Shown here piece after piece: positions 52,135 through 64,000 of a stretch of DNA of 64,000 nucleotides. The notes beneath the pieces are model-generated. The model did not search any database, was not told where the DNA came from, and saw only the letters and a list, made by a program, of their open reading frames with translations. The stretch is from Camelus ferus. Taxonomy: Eukaryota. The stretch spans positions 62,560,001 through 62,624,000 of the forward strand of contig NC_045697.1 of NCBI RefSeq assembly GCF_009834535.1. The letters are read 5' to 3'. The position numbers and the translations under genes were made by a program. The first letter of the stretch is position 1. Each line of letters opens with the position of its first letter.

Positions 52135-52318
52135 CAGGGCTCAGCAAACTTTCTGTAAAAGGCCAGGCTGTAAATATTTTAGGCTGTATGGACCACATAT
52201 GTTCTCATCACTGCTGCTGCCTTTTTTTTTTCTTCTTTAACAATACACTACAAATGTAAAAAGCATTCTTAAACTGCAAGTTGTCCACACAATACATGTC
52301 CTGGATTTGGCCAACTTA
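52135..52318 (+). mobile_element. MER58-like hAT MITE in the last SNCA intron
   Basis: cagggctcagcaaactttctgtaaaaggccagg...gtaaatattttaggct...tggatttggcc. Confidence 0.8.
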
Positions 52319-52435
52319 GCATCTAGAGAGTAAATCACTCTCATTAAGGACAAATATAAGGGAAATAACTGATTATTTGAGCCAACTTGAACTCTTAAAT
52401 TTTATTTTCGGAGTTTTATGTGCATAAACTCTCAC

Positions 52436-52519
52436 CTCAGAAGGCATTTCATAAGCCTCGTTGTCAGGCTCCGCGGGCACGTCTTCCAGCATTCCCTCCT
52501 GGGGGGCTCCTTCTTCACT
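52436..52519 (-). CDS. SNCA: Alpha-synuclein penultimate coding exon (equivalent to human exon 5, residues 103-130): [28 protein letters not shown]
   Basis: Manual reverse-complement translation gives 84 bp, phase 0/0. Acceptor ...tttttcatttaaataccag, donor GAG|gtgaga. 23/28 residues identical to human [28 protein letters not shown]. Confidence 0.98.
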
Positions 52520-55500
52520 CTGGTATTTAAATGAAAAACACACAGACTATGAGGAGGGAGCATTCACTTTTTAAAATCACAATCATATTTTGAAAAGATC
52601 TTACATAGAGTACTGGCAAGAATGTGGTAAAAATGGCACTCGGTATACCTGCATTCTACACTATACAGTGCCTTCGATAAAACATTGAGGTAACATGTTA
52701 TTAACCCAAAGAATGCACAATTTTTTTGCCCAGGTAATTCACTGTTCGAAAATATTCCAAAGGTATTTTTCATAGGATCAATGATAGCAGTAAAAACCTG
52801 TTAACTTAGGTGTTCAATTGATGATGAAGAGTTAGAATTATCATTCAAATGTTCAATAGATTATTATGAAAACATGTATTACTATGACAAAAATTTTATT
52901 ATAGAATAAGAATTTCTTTATGGTATAATGTTTAGCAGCATATAAATATTGTACATATTGTGGACTCAACCTAAGTAGAATTCAGATACAAGGGTAAAAT
53001 AGATTGGAGGAGGGTACAACAAAGCATTAAAAGTACTTTTTGTTGGGCAGTAATGCATGTTCTTTTTACCATTTTGTAAGTTTTAAAAATACCATTTATA
53101 AGTTAAAATCACATATTTTATAATTTATTTTTAATGATGGCAAAGGAACACATCTTTTTTCCTGAGGTTTCAAGATTGAAATCATACATATTTGGAGGAA
53201 GAAAAATCAACGTATTTGGTCAATTTTCTAAGTATCTCTCCTTAGAAATCAGATACCACAAATTCAACCTGAAATGGTCATGGTCTTATTAGTATTCTTC
53301 ATTAAATACTTTTTTGGAGTAAATACTTTTTGTTGCTTTGTATTTATTCCAGAAAAGGAATTGAAATCTGAAAGAGCAGAGAGGCAACGTGAGATTGTAT
53401 AGACTTACTCGAACAGATCAAACAGTCCCTCAAGGTGGCTTATGTTTGAAACTCTGCCTCATGTAAATATCATCTCCCCATGTCTTCATCATGAAAATGA
53501 TAGGTAGGCAGAGGGATAAGGAAATGGTTGACTGTGAGAAAAAGTCAAACTAAAGCCCATCCATGCTCACATTAGGTAGGCAGAGAAGCTTATAGACCAT
53601 CCTCCTCTGCCCAACTCCTATTTTATAAATTTTTAAAAGTCCAAGTTATTTATAAATGAAATAAGATATAAACCATCCCTCAAATACCTCACTTCTAAAT
53701 GTGGAGTAAACATACTGTTTTCAGTGTTTCACCTTTTGGTACAAATCAAGAATACAGGTTCTGTATTGTGATTGGTGGTTAGACACGAGGGCTGTAGTAT
53801 CATAAGACTTGCATTCAAATGCATTCAAATCCTAGCTTCCATAGATTCCAGATCTCTTGTGATGTTGGACAAGTTTCTTAAGCTTTCTCTAAGCATCAAA
53901 TAGCCTTAGTGATAAAATGGGGCAGCAATACCTTTTTCTAATTGAGAGGAGCCAATGATATCATTAATCCCCTCTTAGTATTTAGATAACTTCTAGTGAT
54001 AGTCAAGTATAGGAAAATAAGGCAAATTTCCTGTCTTATTAAATTTTTAGTAGTTTTTTTTCTAACCTCATTTGTTAAGATTTTGATACAGATTGGACAA
54101 GTAAATATGGCAGAACTGATGTGCTTTCTGACCATCACAAATAAGGTGCAAACTATACAACTAAGATTGGTGAATGTTATTGGATGTGTGTGTGTATTGG
54201 GGTGTGTCTGTTGCATCCTTCAAAGTTTATCCAAGTAATGGTGAATGTTGCTGGTGAATTGCTGGCTAGATTTCATTTGATCCCAATATGTGATCAATCT
54301 ATCCCTGTTAACAGATATACTTAGGTGGCAAGTGTATAATAACTGCTTATCTTTAAAAATACAAGCATTTCTGAGCATGTATTTACCTAATCCTTTTAAA
54401 ATTGCACTGTGAATGTCTATAGTTTATAAAGTAAATATGTATCACTTGGGGGCAAGGGTTTGAAAAATCATAGGAGAAATGCTTATACAATATTTAAAAA
54501 AGAGGTCAAATAAGTGATGAGACAGAAAGTCAGCTATAAGAATGAAAACACACAGAAAATGGAAAAAAAAAAAAAACAGGGAGAAAAGAAATATAAATCC
54601 CAGGATGTTCAATTAGTGTTAACATGTGACAAGAAGAGGCTTATATTTTCAGAAGCCTTTACTTACTAAAAGAATAAATACATGGTGCTTTCACAAGTCT
54701 GACTGCTAGACTTTATGTGTTGTTCTCTGGAGAAGGAAATTGATTTCATTTAAATACATTAATATTAATAAACTGTCATTAAGATCTTTAACTGTGTTAC
54801 ATTACATGAAGTGGAAATAGCTCATAGATCCCTCAAGAGGCAGACTATCCTCAGCCACATCTTCCCAAGGAAATTTGATTTTAAAGAGGTTTAGAAATTT
54901 GCTCAAACTAACGGAGATGACTTCAGACTCTGTGCTCTTAACCACTGTCCTGAGCTTCTTCCCCAAAAGAATTTTGGCATTCAAAATGTTTTAATTATCT
55001 ATAGATTTTGGAAACTGAGAAACGGGACATCCTATCATGTCCCTGACTATACCCTGCCTATTCTTTTAGCACCTAGTTCAGGGTCTATTCCTGGTAAACA
55101 AAATTATCTCATAATTTCATTGCTGAAACCCATCAAAGAAGTCCATTCACAAACATTGAATGCTCTATGGGGCCATTATATTTTTAATACTATAAAAGTT
55201 TACCCAGAAGGAAAAACAAACAAAAAGTATTAGTCAAAGAACAGGTGAGAATTAGTTTTTGTTTTTCAAAACTCTGGTAGTGTGTAGGGGGAAAAATCAC
55301 TCTGAGGGTATGGCAGGAGAAACTAGTGAAAGGCAAGGAAATAGTGGGGATGAAGTTGCAGTATACAAGATGAGTACTCAAAATCCCTTAAGAACAGAAA
55401 TTCAAGTCCTCAAAATCCTTTAAGAACAGGAATTCGATTTCCTATCCAGTCTTGTGCTGCAATATAATTTCACCATCTTACCATACCCTTCACATGTAGC

Positions 55501-55699
55501 CTGTTGACCCTAAATATTCACTAAAGTGCTATAGAGTGGTCAGAATGGATGCTGCAGTATGAGGAAAGCACAGCATAGGTAGGAGGAGATGGATTATATA
55601 GTGGAAGCAAGTAATCAGAACTAGAGTTGACTAGGAGAAATGTCATCACAGGAAAACCATCAAACATTTATCTTACCTTTCCTGTACAAACTATACATT

Positions 55700-56395
55700 A
55701 GTGTAAACAAATAGTTGATGAGTACAAGTTTTCATTATGGATGTAATCTTTCCTTCTAGGAAAGGAATGATAGAACTAGAATATCACCTTTTTACAAGGA
55801 AATCTAGGCAATGATTACCAATGGCTGCCAAGGGGACATAGATATAATCACACATCATGTGCCCTGATGGCACTACATATCACCACCTATAAAGTATCCT
55901 TGACAAACATTTGAATTTGGTTGGTATCTATCACTGGATCCGACAATTTATAGCAAATATAAGGGAATGAAGAACAAGTTCACATCACTGGATGCAATCA
56001 GCAAGTTCTGGACTGTGGGAAACAATACAGAACCAATAACAACTACTTCAGCAAGTAAATTACAAGGAAAACAAAGTTTTGGGACACCTATAAAGTGGAC
56101 TTGAGAGAGCATCAGAAAGATTACAACTCAAGAATCTTATTTCATTCTTATTTTGAATTCTGATTTAAGAAAATGAGAAATATGAGAGAGTTGGTGGAAC
56201 TTAAACACTAACTTGGTATTTAATTAAACAGCCATTGTTTATTCTTAAAAAGTCCTAAACTTTAAAAAATAATCAAATGTTTTCAGATGAAATAACATAC
56301 CTAGGTATTTTCTTTGAAATTATCCAGGGTTGGGTGGAGAGAAATGAGTAGGCTGTAGAAGAAACAGGAGTGGTGTTGTGGTGATTGGTCGCATT
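55700..56395 (+). mobile_element. L1MC4/5-like 3' region, target of the ERV insertion
   Basis: gatagaactagaatatcacc...tctaggcaatgattaccaatggctg...gatgcaatcagcaag...gactgtgggaaac. Confidence 0.6.
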
Positions 56396-56886
56396 CGATG
56401 GGGAGCAGAATATGCACCCAAAAATGTGACACTGGCAGATGTATTATTTGGAACTGAAGGCAATCAAGACCCAGCAGACTCAGGAAGAGCTTTTTACTTC
56501 CTCCATAACTGCCTCAAAGAATGTAGATTAGGAGGCCTGTACCAGAAGAGAATATTACCAGAAATAACTTTTTTTTTTTTTTTAATCTGAAAGACTTATC
56601 TGTGCGGGAGGGCAAACATCTGATTACCAAACATCTGCTCTTCTCATCTTCCTGTGAATTGCCTTCCCCTCCTCTGAAGCTCTAGGCTCCCATCATACCT
56701 TAGCTCGGGGGAGCATGTAAGCCTCACCTGACTGACTGCCTTTGAGTCCCATATCTTTGTGGGACTCCCATATGTATGGACTTAAATTTCTTTTTCTTTT
56801 ATTAATCTGCCTTATGTCAATTTAGATATAGACCAGGCAAAGAACCTATAAGGAATGAAGGGAAAATTCCGCCCGCCTTCCCAACA
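56396..56886 (+). mobile_element. ERV1 5' LTR (MER34-like), antisense within SNCA intron
   Basis: ggggagcagaatatgcacccaaaaatg...tattatttggaactgaaggcaat...ttaatctgccttatgtcaatt...cccaaca, then a PBS-like tggtacccagtgcggggc at 56890-56907. Confidence 0.85.
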
Positions 56887-59800
56887 GTTTGGTACCCAGT
56901 GCGGGGCTCTCCTTTGGACATTGCTTGTTCTGGGGCTGCTGTGGCTGAGAGATCCTGGAACCTCTGGTAGAACGTAAGACATCAGTTACATCTCCTGGAT
57001 CTCTGCCTGTGGTGAAAGTGAGGGTGGTGAGAGTCCTTTTCCTTTTTCTGGATTTAGATTAGCAGAAGAAAATATTTGTGTGACTCAGTTCTTTTTGTAT
57101 AGTGACTCTGGTAAAGATATATTAGAATGCTTATTTTCTGTTGATTCCTAGAAATGGTCTTTGTTTTCTTTTGTCTTTTGTGTTGTTTGTCATAAGGAGG
57201 AAAATCACAGGACTGAATACCGGCAGAGGTCCTACAAGCTTGTTGTTTGAGCTGGCCTTACAGACTTGTGAGTTCAGGTTTCTCACCAGACTGGCATCTC
57301 TTTAGACAAGTTTGCTATGTTTCCCCTATATTATAAAAGCACGCACACAACAATAAGATACGCTTTTTGCCTTGTTCAGCCCCATCTGCCTATTTTAACT
57401 TCCCTTTTCTGTTAAGATTTACAGAGAGCACTCTTTCCTGATCACCAGCCCAGGGCATAAAGATTACTTGTGTAAATTGTGAAAGCCAGGGAGTGAATTT
57501 AGCAGAATCACTTGGGACAGGTGGTAGGGCTCTGTCATCAGGCTCTGCTAGTTTTCGGATTTCCTAGGCAATGTTCCCTGCAAATATAGCCTGGACCCCA
57601 AATGCAGAGTCCATGTCTATGGACAGCAGCAGTTCTATCAAATGACAAAGCCCTCTTATCTCCATTTTCTGTTTCTAGCAAATATAAGGACTCAGAAAGA
57701 TTAGTGGACATGCACAGTCCCACTTACAGGGACCCTGATTGGCTGTTAAGGTGTGTTCTTCCCTTCATAATTAACAGACAAACCAGACAGCTCCCTGGGA
57801 AAAATAAACTCTCACAAAAGTTATAGATGACCCAGGCCCTTTTATAAATAATCAGGAAATGGATCAGCTTGAGGCCAATACTCAGGGCCTGATACAATTC
57901 AATGGTAGATTGAATTGTATGTTCAGAAAAAAAAAAATTCAAAGGTCTTTGTTAAAGACTTTACCCAGACTTTTGAAAGGCATACTTCATTAAACCCTGG
58001 AGCTCCAGAATATAGAAATCATTTAATTCCATCTTATTTGGAAATATCCCTGATAGAAGAGTGCAAATTGAAGATAATGCAGATGGATGGGTGGGTCAGC
58101 CCTTTGGTACTATTTGGGCTGCAACCCAGTTCTTGGAGGAATTAAAATCTTTATCTTACAAATCTTTGCAAAACAAGAATGCAGCTCTAGGAAAAAAAAA
58201 ATACACCTATCTTTACCAACCCCAAGACCTCCCCTATTCATCTCAAGATGTTTGTACATACTGTAAAAGATCAGAACATTGGAACAGAAGTGTCCTAAAA
58301 AGAAGGAAAATACTAATTACACTAGACTTCTGATTAAACAGAGAAATATACTCCAAGACTCCTAGGAGATGACTTGCATTCTTTCTCTGTCCCTTAAAGA
58401 TGTAAATCTGTCATGTCTTTGAAATGTAAACACTCCAAGGAGACAACCAAAATGCAGCCCAGAATACTCTGGGACTGAAGGAAAAAAAGTGGGGGTGGGG
58501 GAGAGGCTTTTTAAAATAAAATACAAACTGCTATAAATATTTCCTTGCCCAAAATGTAATCCTCAGATTCCATAAGATTACTTGCTAAGGACAAATACAA
58601 ACCTAAAAGTCTTCTCCACAAAAATTAGTAAAAAGCTTTAGCCATTTAAGTGAGTAAAATTAACTTGTTCCATCGTCCAGAGACACAATTTAGATTCAAC
58701 TGTTATTTATGAACTAGTGAGTTTTGTATTATTTTACCAAGTCTTGGCTAAAATTTTGGAATAGAAACTACAGGGTCCCTGTTTGTGTTTCTGTATGTCT
58801 ATGGAATGTTATGCATATATGATATTTTTCTACCTCTGGATGGTATTGCCAAAATTAGTTTATTAAAAAAAAAAAAACTGGCTTTGATTAAATGGCTTAA
58901 AGAAAAATACATGCTTATCAATTTAAATATTTTTAAGCTCAGAAATATAATAGACATTAAATCAAATGCTTTTCCAATTCATGTGATCTGGGGTAATCTT
59001 TGGTAAATAAAAAATAGTTTAAGTTTGTTGGTTTAATTAAAACAGGTATGTGTTTAGAGTTACCAGCAATAAACATAATCTATTCTACTTAGGTTTACTA
59101 ATGGTCAAATAAGCTCATGTTATCTCTGTTACAAAATTTGTCAGAAAGAAAAATAACTTAAGATGATGGCTAGCTGCTTTAGTGTTGCATGAAATTTTAT
59201 GAGTAATCTAAATTGTTAAGAACAAGTGAATTAAATAATTATAAGGGAGATAAATTTTTTAAGTGAGCTTTTCAAAAATAATTATGTTTTATGATATGTC
59301 TACTTAAATAGTTTTCTAAATCTGGTGATTTAGAGTTTTACTATGTTAAGTTAAATGATGGAAATTCATTAAGGTCATTTCCAAGTAAGATAAAATACAG
59401 AAACATTAATTATTGAATGTAGGCTGCTTCTTACAGAGAAACTAAAGATATTTGGATCTGTCAGTAACTTGTCTTGTGCCACATTAAAAAAAAATTGTAC
59501 TAGGACAAAGTGTATGTGTCTAGAAATTATGAAATGGATTCCTAAATTTGCCAGTCTACAGAATGCTGGTGTGACAGTCCACAATTGCTTACTCAGTTTT
59601 CACTAGAAATGAAAGTCCAAGAATTAAGGATTCTAATTAATAAATATAATTAAAACTACTAGACTAGAAATAAGAGAAAGAAACTCTATATACAAAGAAA
59701 TAACATTTGTTTTTGGCTAAGAAAAGGTATGAGATATGCTGTGTTCATTAAAGGGAAAAGACTAAAGTTGTCCTAAAGTAATGATTATTTCAGAATGGGA

Positions 59801-60960
59801 AAGTGGAAAATTAAAAAACAAACTAAATGGATATAGAAGTTGAGGAGGAAGTGAGGTAGAGAAGGAAAGAAAATTTCGCCTTATGTAGTTGAGCTACCTA
59901 AAATTGAATGAATTCACTTTGTCTTTAAAAAATAAGCTTTAATATCAATAGTATATGTGTAAAAATAAAAATTTTCTTTCATTTGCTAAAAGAACAAGGT
60001 TTTCTTAGACTAGTGATCTGCTCTTGATAAGACTGTGAAAAGTTTTTCTTTGCCCATTTAAGTAATCTGCCTAGAAAATAAAGATTCTGTGTTTTATCAA
60101 AATAATTTATTGTGCTTCATGTTGTCTTTATCAGGTCTTTGATTACTTAAGAAAATTGAATCTTCTCTATTAGAAAAGGAAAGTTGATTTCTTTTTTTTT
60201 TTTTAAACAATTACGTAACTTTCTGTATTTGCCTCCAAAGTCTTTTGTTGTCACTTTGGTTAAAGGGATAACTAAGTATTGTATCACAATGACCTGTGAT
60301 CCTATTTGAATCCACAAAATCAAATTCTATTTTGCCCTTGAAATAACTGGGATTTTTAAGAGGGTCCCTGGAACATCTTAAAAGATTTATTCTCTCTCCT
60401 TATTAAAAAAAGAAAGTGATATGTTAAATGAATTAAGCTTATTTGATATTAAATTACATGGTAATAAGCATTGTCAGGCAAGAAATAATACTAAACATGC
60501 TTTATGTTGTATTTGTTTGAATATTTGTTAGTGATATGTGTTCCAGAAATTGTATAAAATTTCTAAATATCTGATAGGTAGTGTTTTCATTTATAATTCC
60601 AGTTATTACCTAAATAATCAAATTTCCTTGTTAACTGCATTATAATGAACTCTCTTTAGATCTTTAACTGTGACTTTTTCTTTTGTCACTAACAGACAGT
60701 AACTGTTTTACTCTGATGCTTTTGCAAAGTGCTTCATCTTCAATGAGACTCATAGAAAGGACTCTAACAAGTATAGGTTTTTGATAACTTTCAGAACATA
60801 CCACTGAACTAAGTGAGAATTTGCATAAATCTAATCGAGAAACTGATGGCTCCATAAAACTGCTAACAAAAGATCAATTAGAATTAATTATATGAGACTG
60901 AATGGACTAATGAGGTTAACAATTTTTATGACTTTTTGTTTGAAATTTTGTTGATTCTTC
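56887..60960 (+). mobile_element. ERV1 (MER34/MER4-group) internal region with gag remnants
   Basis: ORF 57915-58145 has capsid-like DFTQTFERHTSLNPGAPE. ORF 58061-58333 has CTYCKRSEHW (degenerate CCHC knuckle). The remainder is AT-rich and non-coding, typical of MER4-group internals. Confidence 0.75.
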
Positions 60961-63900
60961 TGGGTTGCACACCTGGATTGCCAGAAGTCAGTGGAACTGC
61001 ACTGGTAGTTACTGCTCTGAGGGCAGGTAACCTGGGGGACACCAGAGCAGTGCACTGACATTCCTGTGGCTAAAGCTAGGAGAAGAGCAGAGTCAACAGA
61101 GTATTTAAAGTGCTCCAACCATGCCTACTATGAACCGCAGCTCGGAAACAGGTTTGGAAGCCTCCATTTCAACAAAAGGGGAACAGACCTGGCCCCTGTC
61201 AGGGCTATGACAACCACAGAACAACCAGGGCAGGCTCTGGTCACCACAACACCATCTAACCCTAATCAAAGAGATAACAGTCAACACACATGTAAGAAAG
61301 ACATGGCAACCATCCATACTAAAAACAGACCTTAAGACAAAATTATTAGAGGTGCACAGTCTACACAGGAATGCATCCTCATTAAAAAAAAAAAAAAACA
61401 CCACAGTAGGTAATTGATATTCCATAAGCCATAGTGCAAGAGAGATATAAGTAAAATGAAGAAGCAGAGGAACTACTTCCAACTAAAGGAGTAACAGAAA
61501 TCCCCTGAAAGAATGATCAATGAATTAGACCTCAATAGTCCACTGGATCATGACTTCAAAAATGAAAAGAAACTATGAACAGAGACAGAATATTTTCAAA
61601 GGGAAATTGAAACTATAAAGAGGAGCCAATTAAAAACAGAAAACTCAAAGTCTGAGATAAAAGCTGAGCTAAAGGCAGTCAAAAGCAGACTAGACAATGC
61701 AGAGCAATGAGTAAGTGACTTATAAGACAGGATAACAGAAGTCACCCAATCAGAACAGACAAAATAGCAAATAAAAACCAATGAAAGCAATATAAGGGAC
61801 CAGTGGGATAATATAAAGCATGCCAACCTATGCATAATAGGGGTCCCAGAAGGAGAAGAAAAAGCAAAGGGGATCAAAAAGGTATTTGAAGAAATCATGA
61901 CTGAAAACTTTCCAAACCTAAAGAAAGAAACAGATATTCAAGTACAGGAAGCACAGAGGGTCCCCAACAAGAAGAACCCAAACAGACCTACACCAAGACA
62001 TATTATAATCAACATGGCCAAAGTTCAAGATAAAGAAATGATTCTGAAGGCAGCAAGAGAAAAACAGAGTTAGTTACAAGGGAACCCCAATAAGGCTTTC
62101 AGCTGATTTCTCTACACATACACTTCAGGCCAGAAAGGAGTGGCAAGATATAGTCAAAGTTCTGAATGATAAAAAGCTGCAACCTAGGATACATTATCTG
62201 GCAAGGCTATCCTTTAGAATAGAAGGAGAGTTAAAGAATTTCACAGACAAGCAAAAACTTAAAGAATTTAGCAATACTAAACCTATGCCAAAAGAAATAT
62301 TGAAATGTCTACTCTAAATAGAAAAGAAGCAGGATGCTATAGAAAGGAGAAAACCATAATTGGAAAGGTGATAACTACAATAAGTTGCAACAGAATAAAC
62401 ATGAAGATGTAAAAAAGGACATCAAAATCATTAAAGGTGGGATAGGGGAGCAAGAAAATATAGATTTTCTTCTTTTTTTCTTTTCGTTCTTTTTAGGATG
62501 AGTTTGAGCTTATGTGACTATCAGTTTAAAGCAAAAAGATATAGTAATGAGTTAAAATACTTGAAAAACAAAGTAACCACAAGTCAAAAGCAAACAATAG
62601 AGTCATAAACCCCAAAAAGAAACCAAAATAATACAAAAGAAAATTATCAAACCACAAAAAGAAAAAGAAAGGAACAAAGAAGAAATATCAAACCAACTGG
62701 AAAACTAAGTTCAAAATGGCAATAAACACACATCTATCAATAATTACTCTAAATACCAATGGACTAAATGACCCAATAAAGACAGAGAGTGGCAGACTGG
62801 ATAATAAAACAAGAACCTACAATATGCTGCCTTCAAGAGAGACCCACTTTATGGTGAAGGACACATAGATTGAAAGTGAGAGGAGGGAAAAATATTTCAT
62901 GCAAATAGAAAAGACATGAAAGCAGGGGTAACAATACTCATATCAGACACAATAGATTTTAAAACAAAGGCCATAAAGAGAAAGAAGGACACTATATAAT
63001 GATTAAAGGAGCAATACAAGATGAGGATATTACTCTCATTAACATATATGCACCCAATATAGGAGTGCCTAAATATATAAAGCAAATACTAACAGACATA
63101 CAGGGAGAAACTGATAGGAACACAATCATAGTAGGAGACTTTAACATCCCATTAACATCACTGGACAGATCTTCCAGACAGAATATCAATAAAGCAAAGG
63201 AGAAAATAATGCACAATAGAACAGCTGGACTTGGTTGATATTTTTTAGGAAATTACACCCCCAAAAATCAGAATATACATTCTTTTCAAGTGTGCATGGG
63301 ACATTCTCTAGGATAGATCATGTACATGGGCACAAAAGAAGCCTCAACAAATTTAAGAGATTTCAAGCATCTTTGTGACCACAATGCCATGAAACAAGAC
63401 ATCAACCACAGAAAAAGAAAGGAGAAAAAAAAATGACAGCATGGAGATTAAACAACATGCTACTAAAAAAAAATCAATGGGTCAATGATGAAATCAAAGA
63501 AATTAAAAAAATACTTTGAGATAAAGGACAATGAAAACACAACCACACAAAATCTATGGGATGCAGCAAAAGCAGTCCTAAGAGAGAAGAAGTTCATAGA
63601 GATACAGGCCTTCCTCAAAATAGAAGAACAATCTCAAGTAAACAACCTAACCTATCACCTAAAAGAATTAGAAAAAGAAGAGCAAACAAAACCAAATGTC
63701 AACAGAAGGAGGAAATAATAACGAACAGGGAGAAAATAAATAAAATAGAGATTAAAAAAAAATAGAAAAATCAATCAAACCAAGAGCTGCTTTTTTGAAA
63801 GAGTAAACAAAATTGACAAACCTCTGGACAGGCTCACCAAGAAGAAAAGAGAGAATACAAATAAACAATAAGAAGGGAAAAGGGAGAAATTACAACCAAT

Positions 63901-64000
63901 ACTGCAGAAATACAAAAAAAAAAAAAAAAAAAGAATGCTATGAACAACTATATGGAAACAAATTGGACAACCTGAAGAAATGGACAAGTTTCTCGAAACA
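60961..64000 (+). mobile_element. L1 with partial 5'UTR, disrupted ORF1 (ATG 61456 to TAA 62317), ~400-bp spacer and disrupted ORF2 (ATG 62716 onward), running off the window
   Basis: ORF1 motifs (IGVPEGEE, ENFPNL, NPNRPTPRHIII). ORF2 endonuclease ORF 62999-63238 (INIYAPN, IIVGDFN) and 63485-63718 (QNLWDAAKAVLR). In-frame stops and frameshifts are present. Confidence 0.96.

Noticed and set aside
61456..64000. Potentially active full-length L1
   Set aside because: ORF1 has an early stop (taa near 61491) and further stops, ORF2 is frameshifted, and the 5'UTR is CpG-depleted and appears incomplete.
1..64000. CRISPR arrays, operons or other prokaryote-type systems
   Set aside because: The sequence is mammalian, with no repeat-spacer arrays or dense coding. 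No novel multi-gene system is supported.

Overview
AT-rich mammalian genomic DNA, most likely camelid (camel/alpaca/llama), judged from a tRNA-Ala-derived Vic-1-type SINE at 38996-39123. The only protein-coding gene I can support is the 3' end of alpha-synuclein (SNCA) on the minus strand: penultimate coding exon 52436-52519 and last coding exon 50332-50364, followed by a recognisable 3'UTR. Neither exon appears in the supplied ORF track because both are too short. 52520-64000 is therefore the large SNCA intron, holding a MER34-like ERV and a disrupted L1. 1-~49000 is the SNCA 3' flank, mostly decayed L1/L2/MIR/MaLR/ERVL/DNA-transposon copies. Most ORF-track entries are L1/ERV remnants or noise. 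I found no convincing new multi-gene system. Best observations: (i) a run of AT->GC substitutions remodelling the alpha-synuclein C-terminus; (ii) apparent turnover of the proximal SNCA poly(A) signal; (iii) a tailless 5S rRNA retropseudogene with 18-bp TSDs; (iv) a 35-bp retro-insertion seeding a microsatellite; (v) candidate downstream enhancers and a possible plus-strand spliced lncRNA. Repeat subfamily names and human comparisons are from recalled consensus sequences, not database searches.
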